This document shows, piece by piece, positions 26,935 through 41,199 of a stretch of 64,000 nucleotides of DNA. The stretch's first letter is position 1; each line of letters opens with the position of its first letter. The DNA is from Geosiphon pyriformis uo1. Lineage: Eukaryota > Fungi > Glomeromycota. The DNA is taken from NCBI GenBank assembly GCA_016748015.1, contig JAAOMT010000618.1, positions 3,301 through 67,300 on the forward strand, given 5' to 3'. Both the position numbers and the translations under genes were made by a program. Under the pieces are notes generated by a model, which worked only from the letters and a program-made list of their open reading frames with translations, was not told the origin of the DNA and searched no databases.

Positions 26935-29900
26935 CTAATCTTGTCTTATTCTTGAGAGACAATCAACATTGGTGTGGAGTTTTCCTGGTTTGTGGTATAC
27001 AATGTATCAGTAATTGGCTAGAAATTCTGTCTATTGAGTTTGTTTTGCGTTTAGCTAAGTGTTTTTGTTCTGAAGCCATTTGAGTCCAATATTATTAGTA
27101 ATAATATCGAATTCTTTGGGTCTGAAGTAAAGGTTGAAGTGATGTAAGGCCCAGATTACTGCTGTAGTTTTTAATTCTGTTGCAGGGTAGTTCTTTTCGG
27201 CTGGTTTTAATGTTCTGTTAGCATAAGCAATTACTCGCTCATTTCCATTGTTATCTAACTGTGATAGGATGACACCAAAGACAGTATAAGAGGCATCTGT
27301 TGCTAACTGAAATCAGTTACTGAAATCTGAGTAGGCAAGAATTGGAGCTGTCATTAGTTTTTCTTTGAGAATTTCAAATGCATTTTGGTATTCAGCAGTC
27401 CATTTGTATTTGACATTTTTGGTGGTAAGCTGGTTGAGAGATTTTGCGATTTCTGAGAATCCTTTGATAAACTTCTAATAGTAGGAGACTAACTCTATGA
27501 ATTCTCTTAGTTCTGTAGTGTTTTGAAGAGTTTTGAAGTTTATGACAGTGCTGATTTTTCCAGAGTCTGGTTTGATTCCATCTTTACTAATGATGTAACC
27601 AAGAAAAACCAAGCTTGTTTTTCCAAAGTAGCATTTTTTGATGTTGAGTTTCAGTCCTGCTTTTTGTAATCATTAAAAAACTTCTCACAGATGTTTTAAG
27701 TATAATTCGAATGATAAAGAATAAACATCAGTATCGTCAAGATAAACAACTACTGACTTCCAAAGAAGTCTTTTGTACACAATATCCATTAATCTCTGAA
27801 ATGTTGCTGGTGCATTGTATAATCCAAAAGACATTACATTGAATTTGTAGTTTCCTCCTTGGATTGTGAAGGCTGTTTTGGGACAATCTTTGGGGTCCAT
27901 GGCAACTTGCCAGTATTTGCTTTCTAGATCTAGTGTTGAAAAGTATTTGGCCTTTCCAAGGGCATCTAACATATTATCAATTTGGAGAAAGAGATAGGCA
28001 TCTCCAATGGTGATACTGTTAAGTTGTCAATAATCAACACAAAATCGTATCTTTCCATTTTTCTTTTTAACTAAGACCACAGATAAGGCCTATAGACTTA
28101 TTGATGATTAGATAAGCCCATTGTTGAGCATCTGTTATATTTCTTTGCAGATAAATTGGTGGCTTTCTGGAGCAACTTGGTAGGCTTGCTGTCGCCTTGG
28201 TTTGGCATCTCCTGTATAGATTTGGTGTTGGACCAAATCAGTTCTTCCTAAGTCATTGTTGTTTTCAGCAAAGATATTAACAAATTCTGCAATTAGCTCT
28301 TTGAGCTGGCTCTGTTGTTGTGGTTCAAGTTGTCTCATATTGATTCGAGATAGTTTTTCTATGCCAACATAGTAGTTTTTAGAGCTGGGGTTTGGGTTGA
28401 TTTTTGGTAGTAAATGTCCAATAATTTCAGAGAAATTGGGGACTGTTTGGGGTAATTTTTGTTGAAAGATATTATTGTGAATAACTCCAATTTCTAAGTT
28501 ATTTAATAAAACTATGGGGAAATTGTTGGGATTGTAAAAAGTAACTCAGATTTTCTTTGTTCCTTCTGGAATATAAATGTTTGGGATCGAGATATTATGT
28601 TCCAAGCAGATTTGTTTGTTGGACTCAAAAATTTGTTGTGTGGTTGTTGGCTTTTCACAAGTGTAAATTTCAGAGTGTTCTCCAAAAAGTGAAATAGTAA
28701 TTGGTTGTGAAAGTCATAAAATCTGGTGAGATTCTTTCTGTTTATTGAGGGCTATATTTACTGGAACTGTGAATCGTCCAGTTGAACCAAAACCTTGGAT
28801 TTTTCTTTCACTTTTTTCCAATAGTTTTCTTTAATTGACTAATTGTAAACCCAAAATGTTGATTAAGAGTAAATAAATGGCTTGGGCAATTTTCTTGGCA
28901 TGTTTAATCTTAAATGACTTGTCAGCTTCATTTTAGAATATTACTGTTATGTCACCAGTATATCCAGCATCAATTATTTTTTCTCTGACATTGATTTCTT
29001 TGCTTGCCAGAGAAAACCAGGAGGCGATTTGAATCATTGCTCCTGGCAGGATTTCGAGAGCAATTTTGAGGTTGATTTTTGTGAAAGATTTGGGTTTGAG
29101 AACAAGAGTATCCTTGTCTGGATATCTTAGGTTATATCCAGCATCAATTTCATGTGCTTTTTCAGGTTTTATTCTTTGTTCATTGTTGTTGAAGTATTTG
29201 AGTTGTAAGACAGGCTGATTTTTAATGAGATAGATGTGTGTTGTTTCAATTTCTTCTGTTGCTTCAGGTTCTCCAAATTCAATTTCATATTCATCATTTT
29301 CACTGGGCAAAAGGATGCTAAAAGCATAGCATTCAGAACACCATTGTTCATCACAAGGCATTATGTATTCCTTACATAATTTAATGTTCATTTGTTCTAG
29401 CTGTTGAGCTTAAGCTTTTTTAGTCGGGTAGATGTGACTTGCGATTTGATGGTGCACTTCTACTTCATCTTCATAATCAAATCCAGCTAATTCTATGGTG
29501 TATTCAATGTATTTTGCTTCTTTTATTTGACAAACATCTTCTTTGGTAGCTCCATTAACTAATGTCATTGTTAGGTTGAAAATCATCTCAGCATCATGGA
29601 GGTAATGATAAAGTTTGTTAAAAGCATTGTTGTATGCTGCATCAAAAGGTGTTCCTCTTTTGACTTTTTCTGAAATTGATAAAGCATATTGGCAGGTTTG
29701 ATCGCAGACTCCTCCTCTTATTGCTATATCAATCCAATTGCATTCTTCTGGTAGCATATTTCCACAAGTCAAACAAGGGGTATTGTCCCATTTTCTACTT
29801 CTTTTTATTAGATGGCCCCATTATTCTCTGTGGCAAGTCTTGCAGTAATAACAAGTATAATTTTCATATTTTTCTTCAGGTGAAATGCAGGCTCCCATTG

Positions 29901-32554
29901 AGAAGAGTTTCTTGTGGCAGTCTTTGCATTTGAGTGGAATGTAAGGATGTCATTTTTTTGGTTCTGGTATAGAATATGGGATGTTTTATCCAGGGGTTTC
30001 TGGTTCCTCTGGATATGAGTTTGTTGCAAAATATGTTTGCTTAGTTTCTTCAGCCCAGTTAGATGTTAATTTAAGTGCCATAAATGTTTCAACTACAGGC
30101 TTTTTTTCTTCTTTTTCAAATTCGAAGACAGAGGTTTTTTCTGATCATTTGTTGAATGTACCACAAGTAGCGGGTACTTGGGCATGTTGTTCTTGATAAG
30201 AGAGTTGTAATTCTTGGGTTTTCCAGTCTAATTTTATATTGGCTTTTTGGAGCCAATTATTTCCAACAAGGGCTTGATATTGGGACGTGTTCATTACAAG
30301 AACTTTAACTGGAATAATGATTCTATCAAGAGTGAATGGAAAATTGTCAATTTTTTCTACTGGAGTCTTTTTCATGCCATCAGCAGTAACAATTACTGTT
30401 TAAGCTGGTCAGTTGACATTTCTCTTTAATTGTTGTATTAACTGGTAGGTGATGATGCTTTTGGCGGATCCACTATCTAAGATCAAGCAAATTGCCTTTT
30501 TTTCAACTTCTGCTTTAGTGTATATAGCAGTAATTGCTTTTTGTTTGTTGGTGGCTGCATTGCTAAGCAGAAATGGTGACTCATTTGCTTTGAACTTAAA
30601 AGAAAATATATCTGAAAGATTGGCATTTTCAGCAATTTTGGCTGGTGGTAGGAGTATAAGAAAAGTTTTGTTGTTGTGCTGCAGCTCTACCTTCCAAGAG
30701 TGCAGTATGGTAAAAATTCTGTTCTTCAGGTATTGTAAGATAGCTAGGTTGAGTATGATAATGGGTGAGTCTTGGCTGAACTGAATTTCAGAAAACTAAT
30801 TGGTTATTTGGGTTGATTTTGTTGTTGTTTGTTGTAAATCGATTTTGTGGTGCAAATTGGTTTTGTTGAACCAATCTTTGAGCAGGTACTTGGTAATATT
30901 GAATGGGTTGTTAATACTGTTGTTGCATTGGCTGTGAAGCAGATTGATAGTAGTCAGTTTGATATTGTGGTCTTGGTGGATAGTAAGCTGATGGTAGTGG
31001 TGGTTGGTAATAAGATTGTTGTGGTGAAGGGTAACATTGATTACTCCTGTTTTGTTGGTCTCATTGTAGCTTTCTGCAATCTTTTTTCCAGTGGCCAAGG
31101 ATTCTACAGTAATAGCAATTCTGAAGCTGGTTATTAGAAGATGATACGAAGTTGTTTTGATTCTGTCTTTGAGGTGGTTGATATCTTTGGGGTTGCTGTT
31201 GTTGTTGGTTGGTGAAATAGTTTTCGACTTTCTTTGTGAGTTGGTCAATTTTCTCTTCAGCTGCTGAGCTGGTCTCTCCAATAGCTAAGTTCATGAGTTT
31301 TATATGATTGGCTTCTTCCATGACCATTTCATATCTCTTTGCATGCTAAATGGCAGAGTTTAAATTTTCTAGGGCATGTAGGCAAACCTTTTTAATCAGT
31401 TTATCCTTTAAACCAGTGATAAATTGATCCAAGATTTGAGCATCGAAATAATAATCATTAGTTTCAAGTTGGCAAATTTGTTTGAGAAGTTTGTTGAATT
31501 TCCCAATATAAGTCATGACAGATTTAGAGAGTTCTTGTTTGATATTGTGAAAACGATTTTGAAGTGTGATTGAGGTGTTGTTATTGGTGAATTGTTCTAA
31601 AAAGGCAGTTTTGAAAGCTGTTCAGTCATTAAAAGGGGTGGTCAAGTTTTCGAACTATTTGCCTGCTGTTCCTTTGAGAAAGTAGAGAATTGTTCTTAAC
31701 ATTCTGGCAGCATTCCATTCATTTGCATCTCCAGCTTTAGTAACTTGGTTGAGCCATTCTTGGGAACTGGTCTCAATGTCTTCTCTATTAAATTCAGAGA
31801 TTTTTGTGATGTATGCTGTCATTTTGTCTTTTTCATTTTCACTGTCTATTAATTCTTCTTTAGATATTTCAGAGTCGTTTTCTTTGTTCGCTGCTGTCTC
31901 AAAGTGTTCACTTCGATTTTCAGCTAGAAAGTCAAGAAGATTGGAACTAGTTTGAAGGAGTTCTTGTTGTCTGGTGGAACTTCTAAGTGATGTAAAATCT
32001 TCTAGTCTTGCAAATCAATTTAAGGGTGAATTAGGTGTTTGTGCTTGTGCAAATGAAGCTGGAAAAAATGTGATAGTAAGTGGAAGTTTTGAACTGGTTC
32101 CTTGTTCAGGTGTTTGTAAGTGTTTGGCAGTTGTTTTTAGTAGTATTGAAGTATTTGGGGTGGTTTTTGAGTATTGCTTCAATTTTTGTTTGCCTTTGTT
32201 GTTTGTTTCTGTCTCTGATTCAAAATCAATAGAGTATTGAGACTGCACTGGATATGTTTCTTTACAGTACTTGATAATGTTAAAATTAAGTTCTTAAAAG
32301 TAAGTGGCAAGTGTTTCACTGTTAAGGTCTTCAGTTCTCAACTGTGAATAGTGTACTAAATTATTGTAAAGATTGCTTCTAACTTCTGAGATATTGTAAT
32401 TTCCAAAAAAATAATTGTTGATGCGGTTTTCAATGTATTGGTATACTGATTTCTTAACAACTTCAATTCCATCTGGAATGTTGAATCTTTGCTTGCAGTG
32501 GGTGTAAATTGACTGGTAATACTCTAGAGTTGTTGCATTTGGTGTGGTCGCCAC
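26935..32554 (-). pseudogene. element D gag-PR-Cys-rich-dUTPase-RT-RNaseH
   Basis: CCHC knuckle CYYCRILGHWKKDC, PR LILDSGSA, RT YLDD, RNaseH ending LSRIRQD*. Confidence 0.88.
28770..29200 (-). pseudogene. dut: dUTPase domain of element D
   Basis: PEKAHEIDAGYNL, QIASWFSLASK, IIDAGYTGDI, KIAQAIY and GFGSTG correspond to dUTPase motifs 1-5. Confidence 0.88.
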
Positions 32555-32599
32555 TTTGAAGTTGTTTTTGCTGTGTTGTTTCTGTGGGAAAGCACCAAA

Positions 32600-33581
32600 T
32601 GTTACTGGAGGTTTTTGGTTTCTTCTTAGCTCTTGTATGTTTGTTGTAATGTTGTTAATTCAGGACTATGGGAAGTGTTTGAACCTCTGATAACTAAATT
32701 TTATCTTCAAATTATAGAAGATAATTTGAACTGCTGGGCTTATAATGGAATGGCCAATTCTATGCCAGTTGCTTTGTGTAGTTACATTGTAGTAAATGTT
32801 AACTCTTTCCCAAGAATTGCTTGTCTAGAAGCTCACTAAAAATGTGTAGTTACTTTGTTGTGAAAGTCAACTCTTCTACAGGAATCTTGTCTGTAGGTTA
32901 TCCTAATGATTATAATAAAAAAATAAAAGAAAGAAAATAAAAGAAATGTAAAAGAAATAGAATTCTGTCAAGAGAAACATTTTCTATTCAGGCCTGGAGT
33001 TACTAACAGTTTACTGAAATTGGTAACTAATTAATTTCAAAACGTTAGTTGGGTTTTGGGGATTTTTCCAAGTGCAATAATTAAAAAATTTGGTTTTTTG
33101 AATTATTTGATATTTATTTCTTTTTGTGTGTGTAAAAATGGTTCTAAGTAATAAATCTAAAGTAAGATACATTTTTTTGAAGAGAGAAGCTCTTCTTTTA
33201 TACAACTTATTGTAACACTATTCTATAAACTTGAACTTTGTTTTTTTTTCTACAATTTTGCTGAACTAAAGATACATTTCAGCAAACTACAAGTTATTTC
33301 TGTAAACTATTAGATATTTCGGTGAACTGTCAATTATTTTGGTGAATTTCTACAAATTTTGGTGAACTTTTGAATGTTATATATTTTGGAGTATTGCATG
33401 ATTGATCATCACACTTAGGTTACATTTGTGTTATGTACAAATTGGGTTATTAATTAAATGATAATTTCAGACATTTTGCTAATGTAATAGGTGATAATTT
33501 GAAATGATAATATATGCTAATTAATGATAGGAATAAAGATAATTTTAAGCTAAATAATATCTCTAATTTTGTCTGATAACA
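32600..33581 (-). repeat. 5' LTR of element D
   Basis: Direct repeat of 23713-24695, adjacent to the PBS. Confidence 0.93.
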
Positions 33582-34649
33582 ATATCATGGATAGTCTGGT
33601 AAAAGACCCAGAGATAAGGGTAGAAGTATATATATTATCAGATAGCTTATTAGAAGGACACAACTGCCAGAATAAATCCAGCCACCAAGCTGAGAAAGAA
33701 ATTGGGAAACAACTTACCAACAATGACAACACCAATATTAAATCTCTGTCTATTATACAAAAGACTCTATCAAAACCTTCAGATACGAAAACTTTCAGAT
33801 TACTAACATCCACATCAAGATAGCTTTTGAGCATCAAGTTATGGGTTTGTTATTTAATTTCATAGCAGAAATAATCACCTGTAACATTTGGTGCTTCCTG
33901 TAAGGTAAAATCCTACAGAGAACCCACACCAACAAACACCATCTAAAAGTGGCAGAATCAGAAAATATAGAAGCAAACTATTTAGGATTTGCAAAGTTCT
34001 TATTTCAACACTATTGTTAATACTTGGGATTAAACCACAATCATATATCCACTGAATCAGCCTTCAATTTCTACATCAATGAAAAGATTTCCTCTTTGTT
34101 AGGAACACTAGTGAATACTGAATCAGCAAGGAAAACTTTCTATAGGGAATTAATTCAAAACACCAACCTACCAACAAATCATAATTTTGCATCTATCATC
34201 ACTGAGATCAACAAAGAAATTGAACATCACACCCAACAAAGATATCCAATTACATACGCTAGTAAAGACAAAGGAAAACTACAAACACCAGCAATAACAC
34301 CCAGAAAAATACAACCACCTACTTGGAAGAAAAACAGAATTGAATCTCTAAGCAACCCATCCTACTATTATATATCTGGAAGCACTATCAACATATCATT
34401 AATAGACGTGTCCCCATCAACTACAACATCAGCATTTGGATGATTCTCATTCCAAAGTAGACAAAGGAAAACAGAATTATTAGGACTATACAGCAAATAC
34501 TTTGAGGGATTTAATTCACAATTATCAACCCCATCAGGACTTTGATTACTACTGTTTTCACCAGATTTCAGAATTTTTAATCTGTGGGAAGTAACGGAAT
34601 CAGAAAAAGAGGAAGAAGAATCAGAGGATCAAGAATTTACTTACCAACA

Positions 34650-35060
34650 CCTGATCATTAAAACTCGAAAATTACCATTGATAAATTTGTTAAAAACTCG
34701 TTAAATTAAAAAACTCCGTTTATTCAAAATCCGATCATTAAAACTCCAACTATTCGAAATGTACTATTGATAAATTCATTAAAAACTTGTTAAATTTCCG
34801 ATTATTCAAGACCCGATTGTTAAAACTCCAAACATTCAAAAATTACCATTGATAAATTTGTTAAAAACTCATTAAATTAAAACTCCGATTATTCAAGACC
34901 TGATCATTCAAAAAAAAAAATCTCCCAAACATTCAAAACCCAATAATTCTAACCCCACTATTGTACAAAGAAACTTACCATCAATAAAACTCATTAAACC
35001 TCTAGCAATTTAAACTCCAGGAATTATAAAAAAAAACCGAACATTTGAAGTCCAATAAAT
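34650..35060 (+). repeat. degenerate minisatellite inside element C
   Basis: Recurrent AAAACTCCGATTATTCAAGACCCGATCATT and AAAATTACCATTGATAAATTTGTTAAAAACTC units. Confidence 0.75.
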
Positions 35061-35266
35061 TCCAAACCCTGCTATCATACAAAGAAACTTACTTCTAATA
35101 GCCCAATAAAACCTAATTTTCACAGTACTAATAAATCAGCAAAACTCACCTGATGGCTCTAAGTCAGAATATTGAGACATAATCACAATCCACTCCCATG
35201 TGTCATATATTCAAAGAAGAGCCAATCAGCGAGAACAAATGGGAATCGAAATTGGAACTTAATCCT

Positions 35267-35440
35267 GATTCAAACTCCACTGATGACAGCAACAATTCAA
35301 ACTCTGCTAATAACAGCAATGATTCAAACTCCACTGATGACAACAACAATTTAAACTCTGCTAATGACAACAACAATTCAAACTCCACTAATGACAAATG
35401 ACAATTTAAACTCCACCAACAACAATTCAAACTCTGCTTT
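35267..35440 (+). repeat. 27-bp tandem repeat x6 inside element C
   Basis: ATTCAAACTC(C/T)(A/G)CT(G/A)ATGACA(A/G)CAACA units. Confidence 0.85.
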
Positions 35441-35713
35441 AAACACCAAACAATATATCACACTTTTAGATCTTACAATGAAGCAGGAATTAATTCAATT
35501 CAGTGATAATAATGAGAGCATTATGTTTAAACATGCATATAATACAGACGCAAGATTTGAACGTGGATATTCTGGACAGACCACTACAGTTAAAAATCTC
35601 AATCACGTATAAAATTAGATTTACAAATAGCAATAGAAATTACCACAACAACATTGATACAAAAGAAAAATTTAGAAGATTTTGCAGAAGCTCAATATTA
35701 AAGAAGAGAATAA

Positions 35714-36676
35714 TGTTACTCATAAAATATAGGAAGTATATTAGCATATAAATTAGCCAATCATAGGTAAACATAGTAAATATGGAATTCCAGGATTCCT
35801 CTCAGAGGAATTGCAAAATTCTAAGAATTGCAGGATTCTTACATGAGAAATTGCAGGATTCCAGAATTTCAGAATTCCTCTCAAAGGAATTGCAGAATTC
35901 CAGAAATTTCAGGATTCCTAACATGAAAAATTGAGGAATTGAGGAATCTCAAATATGTATATATAGCAATAGTATCAGAAGTTAGAAAATTAGTCAATAG
36001 AACTTAGAGTCAATTAATTTGCGGAGTCAATTAGACTCATAGAATCAATTAGACTTACAAAATCATAATTATTAAAATTACAAAAAAAAAAAGCTTTTAG
36101 TGAGATCTTGCAGTTTTAGATTTGATCTAAGCAACCTTCCAGTTCTCAATCATCAAATAAATAATTATTCACTATTCTAATCTCCTTATTATTATTAATA
36201 CTTCATGTTAATAGTAATTGATACTTAACCCCACTGGAACAATAGCTCTTGATCATAACTATTGATGGAATACTAACTCGTGCATTGTCTTGGCTCATTT
36301 CTTTATTTTTTTTTATTTTATTTTCTTTCATTCTTTGATTTTATTGTTGTATACTAATTAAGTGAGGATTAAAGTGCTAAGTTATTGATGTCATGGATAG
36401 TCTGGTAAAAGACCCAGAGATAAGAGTAGAAGTATATATATTATCAGATAGCTTACCAGAAGGGCACGACTGCCAGAATAAATCCGACCACCAAGCTAAG
36501 AAAAAAATTGGGAAACAACTTACCAACAACAATGACACCAATATTAAATCTCTGTTCATTATACAAAGGGCTCCATCAAAACCTTCAGATTATTGACATC
36601 CACATCAAGATAGCTTTTGAGTACCAAGTTACAGGTTTGTTATTTAATTCCACAGCAGAAATAATCACTTGTAATA
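35714..36676 (+). repeat. 3' LTR of element C
   Basis: Matches 23036-23712 joined to 33586-33886. Confidence 0.92.
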
Positions 36677-38147
36677 GTGGTCACATCAAACATGACATTA
36701 GCATTTGGACAATTCCTATTCCAAAGTAAACAAAGAAAAGCAGAGTTATTAGGACTATACGGTGTGTATTTTGAAGGATTTAACTCGCGATCATTAACAC
36801 CATTAGAACTCTGATCACTACTGCCTCCTTCAGATTTCAGAATTTCTGATCCATAGGAAATAATGGAATCAGAAGAAGCTGAAAATCAAGAATTCATTTA
36901 CCAGAACCTGATTGCTGAAAACCCGGAATTGAAAATTCCGAATCTTCAAACTCAGCAAAATCTAAACCCAAAAAATTTGGAAATCAAAACTCTAAACATT
37001 CAGACACTGCCAACTCAGGATAATCGAAACCCCAATTTAATAAATTAACAAAACTTACCTTCAGTAATCATTATCAATCAACTACCAATTAATTCAATAG
37101 CCAAACCCATACAACTGCCACTTCAACTACCACTCCAACAATCCGTGCAACAACAACCATTTCAACTACTACTACAACAACCCAATTTAGATCCAATGGC
37201 CTATGCACCAATCGCAAAATTTGACAATTTTATCAGTAAAGAGAATGACACCCAAATATGGCTCAATGACGTTGAAAAAGCCATAGTAGCCAACAAATGA
37301 AATGATGATAAAGCTCTTCAAGTGATCCCTTATTTTCTCAAAAATACTGCCAACTCATGGTATTAGAGCCTAACTGCCAAACCACAAACCTTCAATGAGT
37401 TTAAAACAGAATTCTTGAAATACTTTAGTAATAACAATAGTATTAATCACTTGACCAACACATTCACCATCATTAAACAAAAAGATACAGAAGCAGTTAC
37501 TACTTACTTGGGATGCTTCCATAGAAATTTGCACCAAATTCAGGCAATCCAAGCTGATTACTTTATGGCACCACAGATCTTGAACCAGTTTATCAGAGGA
37601 TTGTACAGTAGTATCCTTCAGCAAGTATGTTCAATGCATCCAGTTGATCTCCCAACTGTCATCACCCACGCCAGAGATTTTGAAGCAGCCGAGTTAGAAG
37701 CCAACCATACTCAAGCTGTAAATTTAGTAATAAACAGATCATCTGACTTGGATTTCAAACTAAAACAATTCAGTAATACAATCAATCAGAAACTAGAGAG
37801 ATACTTAACTGACAATCATGCAATCTATTAACCACCACAATGACGCAATAATTCAGGAAACACGAATCATTTCCAAAATCAGCTGCGTCCATTAACATCA
37901 TCATTACCCAATCAGCTATGGCAGCTAGAAATGTGTGTTTGCCACAACTGTGGTAAACAAGGTTATATTAGAGCCGACTGTTGATTTTATAGCAACAATT
38001 CATGATTGGGAAATCAATATCAAAACCCCAATTGCAGATTTCAGACTCCGAATCACTACCCAAATCAAGACCAATATCAAACCAATTACCTGCCAATAAT
38101 GCAGCAACCAATCTATTAACTGCCAGTATATCAACCACAGCCACCAG

Positions 38148-39135
38148 TATTACTGGAGGTTTTTGGTCTCTTCTTAGCTCTTGTATGTTTGTTGTAATGC
38201 TGTTAATTCATGATTTATGGGAAGTGTTTAAACCTCCAATAACTGAATTTATCTTCAAATTATCTCTTATAATTTGAACTGCTGGGCTTATAAGTGGAAT
38301 GGCCAATTCCGTGCCAGTTACTTTGTATAGTTATATTGTAGTAAACGTCAACTCTTTCCCAGAAATTGCTCATCTGGAAGCTTACTAAAAATGTGTAGTT
38401 ACTTTGCTGTGAAAGTCAACTCTTCTACAGGAATTCTTGTCTGTAGAATACCCAAATGATTTATAATAAGAAAAAAAAGAAAATAAAGGAAATGTAAAAA
38501 AAAAAGTAAAACTGATAATTTATAGAAGTTGTTTTGGATCCAGGCCTGGAAGTGCTTTAACAGTTTACTGAAATTGGTAGCTAATCAATTTCAAACTGTT
38601 AGTAAGAATTGGTTAATTTCAAGAGAAATAATTTTAAGAATTTGGCTTTTCAAATTTATTTGATATTTATTTTGTTTTTGTGTATAAAAGATGATTCTAA
38701 TTATTAAATCTGAAGTAAGATACATTTTTTTGAAGAAAAAAGCTCTTCTTTTATACAACTTGTTGTAACACTATTCTATGAACTTGAACTTTGCTCTTTT
38801 TTACAATTTCACTGAACTAAAGATACATTTCGGCAAACTACAAGTTATTTCTGTGAACTATTAGATATTTCGGTGAACTATCAATTATTTCGGCAAATTT
38901 CTATAAATTTCGGCAAACTTTTAAATGTTACATATTTTGGAGTATTGCATGATTGATCATCACAATTAGGTTACATTTGTGTTATGTACAAATTGGGTTA
39001 TTAATTAAATAATAATTTTGGATATTTTGCTAATATAATAAGTGATAATTTGAAACAATAGTATATGTTAATTAATAATAGAAATTATAAAGATAATTTC
39101 ATGCTAAATAATATTTTTAATTTCGTCTGGTAACA
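38148..39135 (-). mobile_element. solo LTR E (D family) inserted in B gag
   Basis: Full-length homologue of the D LTR with no internal region. TSD CCAG/CTAG. Confidence 0.9.
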
Positions 39136-41199
39136 CTAGTAATTTATCAGCCACAGCTCCAAATAATTTATCAGTCCCAACAACCAATTCAAACACCACT
39201 CCAAAATTCCACTCAAATGACATCAGAAAACCCAAGACCTAGAATCACTCAAAACTGGAGATTGGCAATGGTTGTTCATCAACCAATCCTCAGCTCTTCT
39301 CACCAATCATCAGACTCTTGACAGTAGAATCCAGGTACTGGTTCCACCCAAAACCCAAATTCCCAGAACTATTTAAGTCTCCTGGTTATCCCAGAAGATG
39401 CCACCACCAACAATTTGGAATCCAACCCATCCCAAACAACACTTACTAACAATATTCCACCAGCAATGGTCACCAAAAATGAATTTTTTGCAGCCATCTT
39501 TTCTTTCTAATTGGAGGAAACCATCAATTCACCTTTGTTTAGTGGAGCAGCACTCGAGGAGAAACCCATCACCATGATGTACACTAATGCAAAAGTTGAT
39601 AGTCACTTCATCAAACTAATTCTAGATAGTGGATCAGCTGGCAGCATCATTACAAGACAACTCATGGATCAATTAGGTTATCGAGTTGATCACACTGCTA
39701 GCACCAAGATTATTATAGCCGATGAAGCAACCAAAACACCCATTGGAGAAATTGATGATTTCCCCATAGAAGTCAATGGCATCATAGTACCAATCAAAGT
39801 ACTCGTCATGGAAGCCACTTAATACCAAGCACTCATTGAGAATGACTGGCTGTCCAAAACCAACATGACCCTAGATTGGAACATCTAAGAGCTCCAGCTT
39901 AGCCAGAATGGCCGATACACATGGGTACCAGCCACATGTGGCCACTTTAAGCCCATCACCATGTCATCAACACCACTTATCAAATTCAAGGAAGAAAAAG
40001 CAAAACCCACCTGGGAAGCATATCAAGTCTCATGGGCCAACATTGACTACAACAAACTGCCGCCAATACTCACCTGAGACAACAACGACAATGGAAAGAA
40101 GAAACAAAGAAAAAAACTTACCTGAGAAGCCACTATCAACACTTAGACCAACAACAACCAAAGCAAGATGCCACCAATTCTAGATTGGGAAAAAAAGAAC
40201 AAGAAAAAAGAGAAAAGAAGGGAAGAAAACACACCTGAAGAAACCACCACTGCAGAAGAAATAACTAGTGGCTGGGAAAGAGAATACTCACATGAACCAA
40301 TAAAAAAGCTGCCATATATACCTCTCAAATACAAGGACTTTGAGAAAAAACTGTCTTCAATGGGAGCTTGGGTAGCACTAGACAAAGACTACTGGATGTG
40401 AACCCATTACTATTGCAAGTCCTGTCATAGAAAATGATATGGCTACCCAAAAAAACAAGACAAGTAAGACAATGAACCATGTCTCGCTTGCTGTGAACAA
40501 TTACTCGATGAAGAAATATGGAATGACATTCCTGGTTGAGGAAGAACATGTGACATTTCGTGCCAATACACAATCCTCATCAGCGACTGGGTGAGTCATA
40601 ATATGCTCATTACAGCAGTCTGGTACCAAGCTATATCCTACTTAGATGGCTATCTACATGACAAGAACAAAATCTGGTGAATGACCAATATCAAAGTAGA
40701 AGACACTTTGCCCAGTGAAATTCTGGAGATTAAGAATAACCCTCCAAAACCAACAGACATTGTTTTGGTTCTTAACCCAGATGCTTTTATCAACTTAGAA
40801 AACAGCCCAGAAGAATTCCATAAACACTATCAGAATCTAACACCCATGAAAAAAGAGTAAGAGCAATGCTTGGAAGAAATTAACACCCAATTATATGACC
40901 ACTGTTTGATTCTATGTGACTTTCAATTCTGTAATAAATGTGACCTTATCTACAATCCACCACCACACATGATCTACACAATCCCCAAAAAGGAAGAACC
41001 AATCAGCAGCTGTGCATCAGAATTGGAATCACTGTTTGATCCCAATTCAAACTCTGACAATGACAACAACAAAAACACTAGTTCCAGCTCTGTCCAATAT
41101 GACAATAATGATGATGGCAATTTCCATTCAGATTCAAACTTCGATTTAAAATATGAACAATATATCATAATCCCTAACCTCACCAGAAAATTGGAACTA

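Larger units (their letters stand above)
23713..33581 (-). mobile_element. Ty3/Gypsy LTR retrotransposon D (dUTPase-encoding), inserted in the 5' LTR of C
   Basis: LTRs 23713-24695 and 32600-33581, minus-strand PBS TGGTGCTTTC at 32597-32588, PPT GAGGAGGAGG near 24699-24708, TSD ACGT/ATAT. Confidence 0.93.
23036..36676 (+). mobile_element. non-autonomous LTR element C (B-related, ~1.8 kb internal region) inserted in B gag
   Basis: 5' LTR 23036-23712 + 33582-33886 (split by D), 3' LTR 35714-36676, PBS 33889, PPT ~35699-35713, TSD ATGG/GTGG. The internal region has only a gag start, minisatellites and a pre-dUTPase scrap. Confidence 0.9.

Noticed and set aside
28770-29200. dUTPase as a counter-defence against the C>T hypermutation
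   Set aside because: dUTPase limits dUTP incorporation and cannot prevent deamination of genomic (methyl)cytosine. The dUTPase-bearing elements are mutated too.
30449-32240. Plus-strand ORFs within D and minus-strand ORFs within B, MFAP1 and SPATA20
   Set aside because: These are antisense shadows of real coding frames.
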